Source: Scenedesmus sp. PABB004 (lineage: Eukaryota). Taken from it: a stretch of 64,000 bases of DNA. The position numbers and the translations under genes are program-made. Every line of letters begins with the position of its first letter. The first letter of the stretch is position 1. The stretch covers positions 186,001 to 250,000 of the forward strand of contig JABVCE010000035.1 in the NCBI GenBank assembly GCA_014905635.1, in the 5' to 3' direction. Shown here one piece after another: positions 54,441-64,000 of the stretch. The notes beneath the pieces are model-generated. The model did not search any database. It saw only the letters and a program-made list of their open reading frames with translations, and was not told the DNA's origin.

Positions 54441-55287
54441 ATGAGGGCGGCCCTGGTCCTCGCCCTGGCGGCGCTCTGCGTCGCAGGGGCCGTGGCGCAG
54501 TGCAATCCAGAGACGCTGCAGTCGGCGGAGGGTGGCTGCGGTGCGCGGGCAGCCAGGCGGCGCTGCGCAGCGCTGCTGCCGCTGTCGCCCCCGCTCACCG
54601 GCGCGCCCCCGCGGTGCCGCAGAACCGCTCTTCCCGCGCTCCCGCAAGCTGGCGCAGGCGGCGGCCGCCAAGCCTGAGCCGGCTGCCAAGCCCGCCGCGG
54701 CGCCGGCGGCCAAGCCCCCGCCGGCCGCCAAGGCGACCGCTGCCAAGCCGGCGCCGGCGCCGGCTGCGAAGCCCGCCACGGCGCCGGCGGCCAAGCCCGC
54801 GCCGGCCGCCAAGGCGACCGCTGCCAAGCCCGCACCCGCTGCCAAGGCGCCCGCGCCCAAGGCGCCGGCGCAGAAGCCCGCAGCCTCGCAGCAGGAGCCG
54901 GCGCTGCGGCCCGAGGCGGGCGCGCTCGGCGCGCCGGCGACCGGCACCGCGCCGTGGCAGGCGGCCGCGGCCGCGGCCGCGGAGGCGTCGGCGGTGGAGG
55001 TGGCCGGCCGCCGGTCGCGGCTGGACTTCCATGACAAGGGCCAGGTGAGGCTGGGATCAACGGCGTTGACTCGACGCCGCGCCCGCGGCGTGCGGGCAGC
55101 GGGGCGCGGCCGCGGCGCCGCGCGCGGCGCGGGGGCGCCGCGCCGCGGCCCACCGCGCCGCGCCGCGCACCGGCAGGGCAAGTTTGAGGCCGTCGGCGAG
55201 CGCGTGGACAGCCTCGTGGGCGGCGTGGGCACCTGGTTCAGCGAGGTCGGTCACGCGATCAACCCCTTCAAGAACGTCAAGATGTGA
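54441..55287 (+). CDS. Secreted Ala/Lys/Pro-repeat protein, 3 exons
   Basis: Signal peptide MRAALVLALAALCVAGAVA; RSRKLAQ; repeated AAKPA(A/P) units; RRSR followed by LDFHDKGQ|GKFEAVGERVDSLVGGVGTWFSEVGHAINPFKNVKM*. Confidence 0.7.
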
Positions 55288-55663
55288 GCGCCGCACAGGG
55301 TTTAGGGCTGAGCGCGGCGCCGGGGCGCACGCAGCAGCACGGGCCGCGCCAGCCCACGCCCCGCCGCCGCCCCGCCGCCGCGCCGCCGCCCGCGCGCGCA
55401 GCGAGGTGGAGGTGGACCACCGCCGCGTGAAGCGCGACAGGCACGGCCGCCACGCCGAGGCCGACCAGGCATGAACTGGCGCGCAGCGCCGCGGTGGGCA
55501 GCGTGCTGCGCGCCGGCGGAGCGGGGCCGCTGGCACTGAAACATGTGCTTAGCGTGGAAAAGCGGCCGTCCGTCGTGACCGTCACCGCCGGTGTCAGCTC
55601 GGCCCGTGCACGCAGCACGCGGGGCCGCGCGCGCGCGCACGCGATCCTGGCGCTACCACTGGG

Positions 55664-55976
55664 CGCGACGCCTGGAGCGGCCCGGTGCGCGCCGGCGCTG
55701 CAGGCCACAAGTCGGCCAGCGAGGCGCGCGCGCGGGCCCGGCTCACCTCGCATGCCCAGGCGGTCGCCTCGCCTGGGTGCCGTGCGTCCGTGCGTGCGGC
55801 GCGGGGCCCGCGGGAGCCTCAGCGGCGGCGAAAATCTCTGGCGCTACGATGGCGAGGCGTCGGGCCGGGCCGCCGCGGCGCAGCGAGGCCGCGCGCCGCC
55901 GCCGCTGGGAGGCGCCTGGGTGGCTCCGGATCGTTGGGCGCGGTCGGGCCTGCAAGCGGGGGGCCCCCGCGCGCCG
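55664..55976 (+). repeat. Copy 1 of a near-identical direct repeat of at least 313 bp
   Basis: Matches 63688-64000 at offset 8024 with about 3 substitutions by eye. Confidence 0.95.
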
Positions 55977-56204
55977 CCGGGCCTTGGGCGGGGCTGCGCG
56001 GGCTGCCCGGGGCTCAGGTCACAGCCCGAATTTTCGCGCAGCGCCTCCCGGGTGCGCGCAGGCCGCTCACAGCCGCGGCTGTGCGCCCCAAGGCCGTCCC
56101 TGCTGCCACGCAGCGCTGCGTGCCTCGGCAGCGACGCACGCACCATGACCTGTCCAGAGTTGCGCCACCAGGCCCCGCACTGCGCCGGGCACAGCGAGGG
56201 CCCG

Positions 56205-59200
56205 CTACCACGCCCGCCCCGTCGGCGGCCTGCGCACGGGCGCCCAGCTCGGCGTGCCGGCGACGTGGCCGTAGAAGACGTCTGCCGCCGCCGCCGGCCG
56301 CGTGTCAACGACGTCCTGGCCGAGGTCCAGCACGTCACTGCTGCCCAGGGAGGCGCTGGCGCTGAGCTCCGAGCCGCCGCCGGCGCTGGCGCGCGCCCGC
56401 GGCTGCGCCGCGCGTGCAGCGGCCGCGCTGCTGCCCTGCGAGTCCTCGTCCGACAGGAAGGAGACGTCAGAGTAGTCTGCGAGCTGGCCAGCCGCCGCCG
56501 GTTGACCAAGCGGCAGCTCTCGAGCTGCCGCCTCGGCAGCGTGCGCCGGCCGAGCCGCCGCCGCCGTCGCAGCCGGCGGCGGGGCCTGCGCTGAGGAGGA
56601 GGAGGCCTCGCGCGACGGCCGCGCCGGCGGCCAGGCTGCCGGGCCGGCCGATGACGGCAGCAGGTCATCGAGCGTGCTGTCCCCCGACAGCGAGCTGCGC
56701 AGGCCCGCGCTTGCCGCGCCGCTGCCCGCGTGCGCCGCCAGCGCCGCCGGCTGCGTCGGCGCGCGCGGCGGCAGCCGCACGTGCGCGCCGAGCGTGGCCG
56801 CCATGGCTCGGACGCCGGCCGCGCCGCCGCCGCCGCCACCGCCGGCCCACCCGCTCCAGGCGTTGGCGGCCAGCCCCGGGCCCAGGCTGCGGCTGACGCT
56901 GCGGCTGGCTGTGCCGCCCGTGGGCGGCAGCAGCTCCTCCAGGACGCACCCGGCCAGCGTGTCCTCGCCAGCCCCCCTCGGCGCGCGCTTAGACGCTGAG
57001 CCCCTGCCGCCAGCGTCGCCGCCGTCGGAGCCCATGCCACTGCCAGCAGGGCTCTCCGGAATCTCAGGCAGCTCGCAGCCACGTCGCTCCAGCTTGAGGC
57101 TGCTGCGCTGCCAGCTCAGGGCCCCGCCGGGCTGGCCCGGCGGCCCGCCGCCCGCGCCGCCGCCGCCGCCGCCGCTGCGCGCCCGCAGGATGGCAAGGCT
57201 CGCCGCCGCCGCGCTGGCCGTGGCCGTCGAGCTCTCCGCCGGCGGCGAGCGCAGCGCCTGCGAGGACGCCGGCGAGGCGCCGCCCGACTCAAAGTCTGCC
57301 TCGTACGACTGCTCTGCGGCCGCCCCGCCGCCGGCGCTGGCGTCGACAGACGCGAGGCTCGCCCGTCGCCGGCTGGGCAGCTGCACCGTGCCGCCGCCGC
57401 CGCCAGCTGAGCCCGGCCGCTCGAGTGACGGCAGCGCAAGCCACAACGGCGCCGGCGCGGCCTCGCCGGGCTCCTGCTCGACGGCGGCGCCCCGCGGCGC
57501 GCCTGCGCCCGTGCCCGCGCCCAGCCCGCGTGGCGATGAGCTCGTGGCGCGCCGCAGCCGCACCACCATGCCTGCGATCGCGGCCTCCGCGCCCGCCTCG
57601 CTGCCGTGGCCGCGCGCGGCGCACGCCCGCGGGCTGGCGGCGGCGGTGCCGCCCGCCCTGCTGCTGCGCTCGCTGCAGCGCCGCACGCGGTGCCCATCCA
57701 CCTCGCTGCCCTCGCTGCGGGTGCTCCGGCTGCGGCTGGCGCTGCGGCTGCGGCTAGCGCGGCTGGCGCTGCGGCTGACGCTGGCGCTGCTGGCGCTGGT
57801 GTCGTCGCGCACGACGAGCAGCGCGTCCAGCTGCCGCAGCTCACGCTGCAGGTCCTCCTGGTGCGCCTGCAGCTGCTGCGGCGTCAGCTGCTGTGGCCCC
57901 AGCTCCAGCGGCGCACTCGCTGCCGCGCCTCGCTGCGCCGGCGCCGCCGCGGCCGGCCGGCCAGGCTGGCCGGCGGTAGGCCACGGCGCCCCTGCGGGCG
58001 CCCCGGCGGGCGCCACCGCGCCCCACGCGCCGGGCCAGAGCCCGGCCTGCTGCTGCCAGGGGCCCGCGAGGCCCGCCGCGGCGTGCGCGCCGAGCGCCTG
58101 CTGCGTGGCCTGGCGCACGACGCCGCTGAGCTGCTCTGCCATGCCCTGCGCCATGCCCTGCACGGCCTGGCTCATGACCGACCGCAGGCTCATCAGCGTG
58201 ACGAGCTCCCAGACCATCGACGCCGCCGCCGACACGCCGCCCGGCGCTGCCGCCGGCGCCAGCCGCCCGCTCGCGGGCGCGGCGGCCGCGGCGGCGGCGG
58301 CCTGCTGCGTGGCGGCCGCCGCCTGGCTGGCCTGCAGCAGGCTGGCGACGCAGCCCGGGCAGCCGGCACTCACAGCTGGTGTGGGCGCTGCGGTGCAGCA
58401 GGCACGCTGCTGGAGCTGGCAGCGGCAGCTGCAGCCGCAGCAGCCACCGGTGGTGGGGGGTGCCGCCTGCTGCTGCTGGGCCTGCTGCGGCTGCGGCTCC
58501 TGCTGCTGCAGCGCCCCCGTCGCAGGCGGTGCAACTGCCGGCTGCGGCGGCGCCGGCGGCGGCTCGGCCGGCACCGGCACCAGTGTGTCGGCCTGGCCGC
58601 GCACGTCGTCGCCGGTCTGCAGACAGTCGGAGCCAGCCGCACTCGCCGGCAGCATGGCCGCATGGCCTGCGCTGCGGCGCTGCCAGTGGTGCTCCTGCTG
58701 CTGCCGCTTGAGCTGCCTCAAGCCCGCGAGCGGCCGCGGCCCGCCGACGTGCAGCTCGCCCTTGGCCGCCGCCGCCCCCCGGGCGGCGCTCGCCCCAGCT
58801 GCCTTCCTGGGGCTGCTGTCGTGGCGGCCCGCGCCGGCGCCGGCGTCCCCCGCCGCCAAGCGGCGGCGTCGGCGCCCGCCTGCGCCGCGCCGCCGGCGCC
58901 CTGCCGCCGCGCGTGCAGGATCTGCGAGGCGCGCGCCGCTGCGGCGGCTGCCACTGCGCCGTCGCTGGCGGCGGTCGCGCCCCAGTCAGGATTGCCGGCG
59001 TCGGCAAAGGCGTCTGCGTCGCTGTTTGCTCCCGCCGGCAGGTGCCTGTGCTGCAGCACGACGCCCCGGCGCAGGCTGCCGCCGGCCCAGCACGTCTGCT
59101 GCGGCGGCCAGTCGCTGCCGCCGCTCGCCAGGGGCCCGTCGCCGCCGCCGCCGCCGCCGTCACCGCCGCGGCGCGGCTCGTTGGACCAGGGCGCGGTGGC

Positions 59201-59782
59201 TGGCGGCGCCGGCCAGGCGCCGTCGCCGCTGGCCTGTGTGAATGACTGGGGCGCAAGCTGCTGCTCCGACGCCGCCTCGCCGCCGGCGCGGGCGAGGCTG
59301 GCGTGCAGCTCCGCCACCGCCACTGGCTGCTGCGCCGCGCCGCGGAGCAGCACCGTCTGCCGCGCGCCCGGGCCACGCGCCAGCACCGCCTCGCCCGCCG
59401 CCAGCAGTGCCGGCGGCGGCCCGTCGTCGCCGCCGCTCACGTCCAGCAGCAGGACGCGTGTGGGCACCTGCGGCAGGCGCGCGCGCGCGGCCGGTCAGCG
59501 CCGGGGTCCCACGCGCGCGCCACGGCGCCGCGCGCTCGCCTGTAAGGCCAGCCACTCGAGGCCTCCGTCCTCGCAGCTCAGGTGGGCGGCCTTGCCGCAG
59601 CAAAACGGGATGCCATCAGCGCCGCCGCCGTCGGCGGCGCGGCTCTGCGTCAAGAGCAGCGGGTAGTCGAGGAACTGCAGCGCCAGCGCGAGGTCGAGCG
59701 AGCGTGGCGCGTACGGGAGCGCGCCCGGCTGGAGCAGCAGCCGCTCCACGAAGAACGTGAGCGCGTGCTGCGACGGCGCCAT
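56205..59782 (-). CDS. MAP10-like protein (N-terminal C2-like domain) with long low-complexity tail; one GC-AG intron; apparent 1-nt frameshift near 58860
   Basis: LTFFVERL...LALALQFLDYPLLL...IPFCCGKAAHL resembles the MAP10 N-terminus (AFRLLDFPTL...FGRGKSCLF). The 884-aa GC3-biased ORF includes SYEADFES and YSDVSFLSDED. Confidence 0.55.
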
Positions 59783-60421
59783 CCGCCCGCGTTGACCGCA
59801 CGCGGCGGCCCTGCCGCAGCCCCCGCCGCCGTCGCAGCGCGCGCGTGGCTGTGCTGCTGCAGGAGGGGCGTGTAGGGGGTGTGCGCACGGCAGGAGGCGG
59901 AGCGGCGGAGGCGCACGAGGTCGTCAGGAGTTACAATCAAGGCATGTCGATGCCGACAAAAAAGCGGGTTGAAGGATTGAGTTCCGACGCGACCATCTGG
60001 GAACGTACATGCGGTGCTCGAAATCCCCACCGCCGCCGACCTCCCCTGGCCCCAAAACGCAGCATGCACGCGGTGCCCCGACGCCCCCGGCGCCCGCCCC
60101 TCTCTTGACGTCGCGCGCGCGCTGGCGGCGGCGCCGCCAAACGCGCGCGCTTGCTCCTCGCACGCGCGCAGGCACCCACACCCTCGCGCACATGGCGTGG
60201 CGTGCGCGCCGCACAGCAACGTCCAAGCAGAGGCCGGCGGGGGCGCCTGCGACTCGACGCCGCGGCGCGCGTGCGGCCGATGACGCGGCGCGCGGCCGCG
60301 CGCCGCGGCGGAGCAGGCAGGGGGGCCCCCGCCCTGCGGCCAGCAGCAGCAACACGCCCACATCTACACACAGCACTCAAGCAGGGGAGCCCCCGGCGCG
60401 GCGGCCCGACCGCCCGGCCGC

Positions 60422-63304
60422 TCACGCGTCGCCCGCCGGCGCGGGCAGCGGCGGCGGCGCCGCCGCCGCCGGCGCGGCGGCCGCGTGGCGCACCGCGGCC
60501 GCCGCGGCGCGGCGCGCGCGGCGCTGCCAGAACGTCTTCATCGCGCGCGCGTGGATGGCGCGCAGGACCTGCTGCTTGCGGCTGCCCGGCCGGCCGGCGC
60601 CGCGGGCGCTGCCGCTCGCGCTGCTGCGGCCGAGCGAGAGGCTGCCGCTGCTCGCGGCGCGGCGCGCGCCCGCGGCGGCGTGCCAGCACCGCCACGCGGG
60701 CCCGCCGCCGGCGTCGTGGCCCGCGGCGGCGCCAGCCGACGACGCGCCGGGCGCGCCGCCGCGGCGCAGTGCGGCGGCGCCGCCGCCGCCGAAGCCGCTC
60801 GCGCCGTCGTGGCTGTGCCGCACGCCGTGGCCGTACGCGGCCGCCCCAAAGCCGTACCCCGGCGCCGCGCGGCCGCCCGCGCCGCCGCGGCGCTGCGCCT
60901 GCAGCGCCGCGGGCGCGCCGTCGACGTCCATCGGCTCGCCGCCGCCTGGGCGCGGCCAGCGCTGCCGCTGCTCGCCCGCCGCGCCGTCGCCGTGCGCGTA
61001 CGCGCCGCCGCCGCTGCCGTCCTCCTCCTCCTCCTCCTCCTCCTCGCCCTCGCCGCCGTCGCTGCTGTACCCGTCGTCCTCGTCGCCGCTGCTCGCGGCG
61101 CCGCCGTAGTAGCCGAGCGCGCCGGCGGCGCCGCCGCCGGCCCAGGCGCCGAGGCCGCGCAGCTGCTGCTGCAGCGAGCCGCCGCCCGACGCGCCGCCGC
61201 CGGGGAACGCGCCGGCGAGGCACGACCAGTAGCGGCTGTGCGCCTTGCGCGCCGCCTGGATGGCGAGCCAGCCAAACGCCGACGGCCGCGCCGGCGGCGC
61301 CTCGCGCGGCGGGCGGCCGAGCAGCGCGGCGAGGCAGGCCTCGGTGCTGACCGCTGTCGCGGCCAGGTTGTACCCCCCTCGAGCAGCAGCACGGTCGGCG
61401 CGAGCGCCGCGAGCGCCGCCGTCATCGCGCCGAAGCAGCCCGGCGTGAGGCGGCAGCCGCCGATCGGGTCGCCCTCGGCTGCGTCAAAGCCGGCGCTGAT
61501 GATGACGAGGCTCGGGTCAAACTCGCGCCCGATCGGCAGCACGACCTGCTCCAGCGCCGCCATGTAGTCGCCGTCGCCCATGCCGCCGGCGTCCCAGGGC
61601 ACGTTGAGCGTGAAGCCCGCGCCCGCGCCGTGCCCGACCTCGCCCGCGCCGCCCGTGCCGGGGTAGAAGCTGCCCCTGCGGGCGCGGGCGCGGGGGCAGG
61701 GCGGGCGGGCGGCGGTGCAGCGTGGGCGACGGCCGCGGCGTGGGGTGCGCGCGCGTGGGCGCGCCGCCGCGGCCCGGCTGCCGCCTGACCGGCCGCGCCG
61801 TGGGCCGCGCGCCGCGGGCCGCGCGCCGCGGGCCGCGCGCCGCTGTGCCGCACCGGTCGTAGCGGTGCAGGCTGGCGTAGAGCACGGAGGGGTCGGCCTG
61901 GAAGATGTGCTGCGTGCCGTTGCCGTGGTGCACGTCCCAGTCGAGGATGAGCACGCGCGCCGCGCCCGCCGCCTGCGCTGCGCGCGCCGCGACCGCGGCG
62001 TTGTTGAAGAAGCAAAACCCCATCGCGGTGTTGCTCTCGGCGTGGTGCCCCGGCGGGCGGATGATCGCGGCGCCGCTCGCCGCCTCGCCGCGCGCGACGC
62101 GCACGGCCGCCTCGGCGGCGCTGCCCGCCGCGAGCGCGGCGCAGTGCAGCGTGTGCTGGTTGACGTAGGTGTCGCTCGGGATGCTCAGCGCGGGCGCCTC
62201 GCCCGAGCTGAAGAGCGCGAGGCGCTCGAGGTGGTCCGGCGTGTGCACGCGCAGCAGCTCCGCGCGCGTCGCGGGCCGCGCGCCCACGCGCGTGCACGCG
62301 CCCGCGAGGCCGCCGCCCTCGAGGCGCGCCATGATCGCGCGCAGCCGGTCGGGGCGCTCCGGGTGCGGCACCGCCTTGCCCTCCTCGTGCAGCAGCATCT
62401 CGTCGTCCCAGATCAGCAGCGGCGGCGCGCCCGGCGCGCCCGGCGCCGCCGCGCCGCCGCCGCCGTCCTGCTGCGCCGCGTCGCCGGGCGCGAGCGCCGC
62501 CGCGCCCGCGGCGGGCGCGGGGTCGAACAGCGCGGCGTCGCAGTCCGCGCTGTGCCCGCAGTCGCCGCACTCCGCCGCGGCGTACAGGCGCGCGGTGCAG
62601 TTGGTGCAGTAGCGCGGCGGCGGGCCGGCCGGGTCCCACGCCTCGCCGTCGCCGTCGTCGTCGTCCCAGCCGCCCCACGCGTCGGCGGCGTCGCCGGCGT
62701 CGTCGTCAGCGTCGACGGCGTCGCCCGAGGCGGCGCCCGCGCCCGCGCCCGCCGCGCCGCCGCCGCCGCCGAGCGCGGCGCCGCCCGCCGCGTCCGCCTC
62801 GGGCTCGCCGCTGCTCGCCGGCTGCCCCGGCGTCCACGAGTCGTCCTCCGAGTTGGTCTGCTGCTGCTTCTCCTGCTCCTGCTGCTCCTGCTGCTCCTGC
62901 TGCTCGTCCGCCGCCGGCGCGCCCCCGCGCTGCGCCTGCAGCGCAGGGGCCGGCGCGCCGGCGGGGCCGGCGGGCTGCGCCGCTGCGCCTGCAGCGGCGC
63001 CGCCCCCGCCGGCCAGCGCGCCGGCCAGCGGCTGCGGCGGCTTGGCGCGCGGCGCCGGGGGCGGCTGCTGCCCGCCCGCCGGCGCGCCGCCGGAGCCCTG
63101 CGCGTCGCCGTCGCCGCCCAGCACGTGCGCCGCCGCGCGCTGCTGGGTGAGGTCCGAGGGCGCCATGCCGCCGGGCGCGGGCGGCGTGCTGCGCGGCGTG
63201 CTGTCGCCGCTGCTGGCCTGCTGGGCGGGCGCGCGGCACGCCGCCTCCGCCTCCTCCTGCTCCTGCTGCTGCTGCAGCTGCTCAGGGGCGCACGGGGCAA
63301 TCAT
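60422..63304 (-). CDS. Class II histone deacetylase (HDA15/HDAC6-10-like) with N-terminal CxxC..CxxC motif; one intron; apparent 1-nt frameshift at EGG|Y (about 61373); alternative start at 63412
   Basis: HPERPDRLRAI, DTYVNQHT, IIRPPGHHAE, MGFCFFNNAAVAA, ILDWDVHHGNGTQ, FYPGTG, NVPW, ISAGFDAAEGDPIG, LEGG(Y)NL. Minus-strand TGTAA at 59931-59935. Confidence 0.92.
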
Positions 63305-63687
63305 GCGCCGCTGCGGGTGCGCGCCGCCGGCGTCGGCGCGCCTGCGGTGCGGCGTGGGCGGCGGGTGTGTGGGGCGGTCGTGAAAAGGCGGGGGCGGGAG
63401 GGCCGGCCGCATGCATGCACAGCGGGAGGGGCCCGAGAAGCATCTAGTCGCGAGGACAGCGAGGCGCTGCTGTGATGATGACGCCCGGTTTTCCCGCGCG
63501 GCGCGCGCCGAGCCCGCGGCGCCGCAGGGGCCCGGTTTTTCCGCGCGCGAGGCCCGAAGGACGACGCGAGGCGGGCCGCAGGGCCCTGGCGAGGGCGCCT
63601 TGTGGAGGCGCGTGCGCGGGCCCTCCGACCCGCGCTGGCGCCTCGCGGGCGCCGCGCGGCCTGCCGAGAACGCTTGTTTCGATCCCC

Positions 63688-64000
63688 CGCGACGCCTGGC
63701 GCGGCCCGGTGCGCGCCGGCGCTGCAGGCCACAAGTCGGCCCGCGAGGCGCGCGCGCGGGCCCGGCTCACCTCGCATGCCCAGGCGGTCGCCTTGCCTGG
63801 GTGCCGTGCGTCCGTGCGTGCGGCGCGGGGCCCGCGGGAGCCTCAGCGGCGGCGAAAATCTCTGGCGCTACGATGGCGAGGCGTCGGGCCGGGCCGCCGC
63901 GGCGCAGCGAGGCCGCGCGCCGCCGCCGCTGGGAGGCGCCTGGGTGGCTCCGGATCGTTGGGCGCGGTCGGGCCTGCAAGCGGGGGGCCCCCGCGCGCCG
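63688..64000 (+). repeat. Copy 2 of the direct repeat (runs off the window end)
   Basis: Near-identical to 55664-55976. Confidence 0.95.

Noticed and set aside
60010..60040. tRNA-like 3' end (GGTGCTCGAAATCCCCACCGCC)
   Set aside because: No canonical T-loop (TTCRA), D-arm or acceptor-stem pairing could be built.
61365..61385. Frameshift at the HDAC catalytic EGGY motif (pseudogene or programmed frameshift?)
   Set aside because: One G is missing from a G homopolymer and the downstream frame is intact. This is a typical long-read consensus error; check with short-read polishing.
63440..63480. CTAG as a Helitron terminus, and TGATGA as a snoRNA box C
   Set aside because: No convincing subterminal hairpin or 5' TC end, and no box D at a suitable distance.

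Overview
This is an extremely GC-rich, gene-dense, intron-rich eukaryotic nuclear sequence. TGTAA poly(A) signals, a thylakoid CtpA protease and GTGCG/GTGAG donors point to a chlorophycean green alga. The ORF track is largely GC-driven noise, so genes were rebuilt by hand from spliced exons. About 19 protein-coding genes are supported: a GT4 glycosyltransferase (partial), NDUFB2, cathepsin Z/X, a WDTC1/ASG2-like DCAF, TRM1, CtpA, a very large mosaic secreted protein, DDX24/MAK5, mL46, succinyl-CoA ligase alpha, a protein with four hnRNP-Q acidic domains, CysRS and ProRS head-to-head, a Zn-finger polyQ protein, three small unknowns, a MAP10-like protein and a class II HDAC. Most notable: (1) about 20 of roughly 120 manually placed introns use GC rather than GT donors, nearly all as AG|GCGCG. 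(2) ProRS introns appear to host ncRNAs: a box C/D snoRNA with an 18S guide, and a cluster of long miRNA-like hairpins. (3) The secreted protein fuses eukaryotic Cys-rich/TSP1 modules and freshly duplicated symmetric exons with bacterial-looking Ig/cadherin-like and C-terminal domains. (4) A near-identical direct repeat of at least 313 bp brackets an 8-kb two-gene segment. Several single-base frameshifts, mostly in G/C runs, are probably assembly errors. All homology calls come from recalled motifs; no searches were run.
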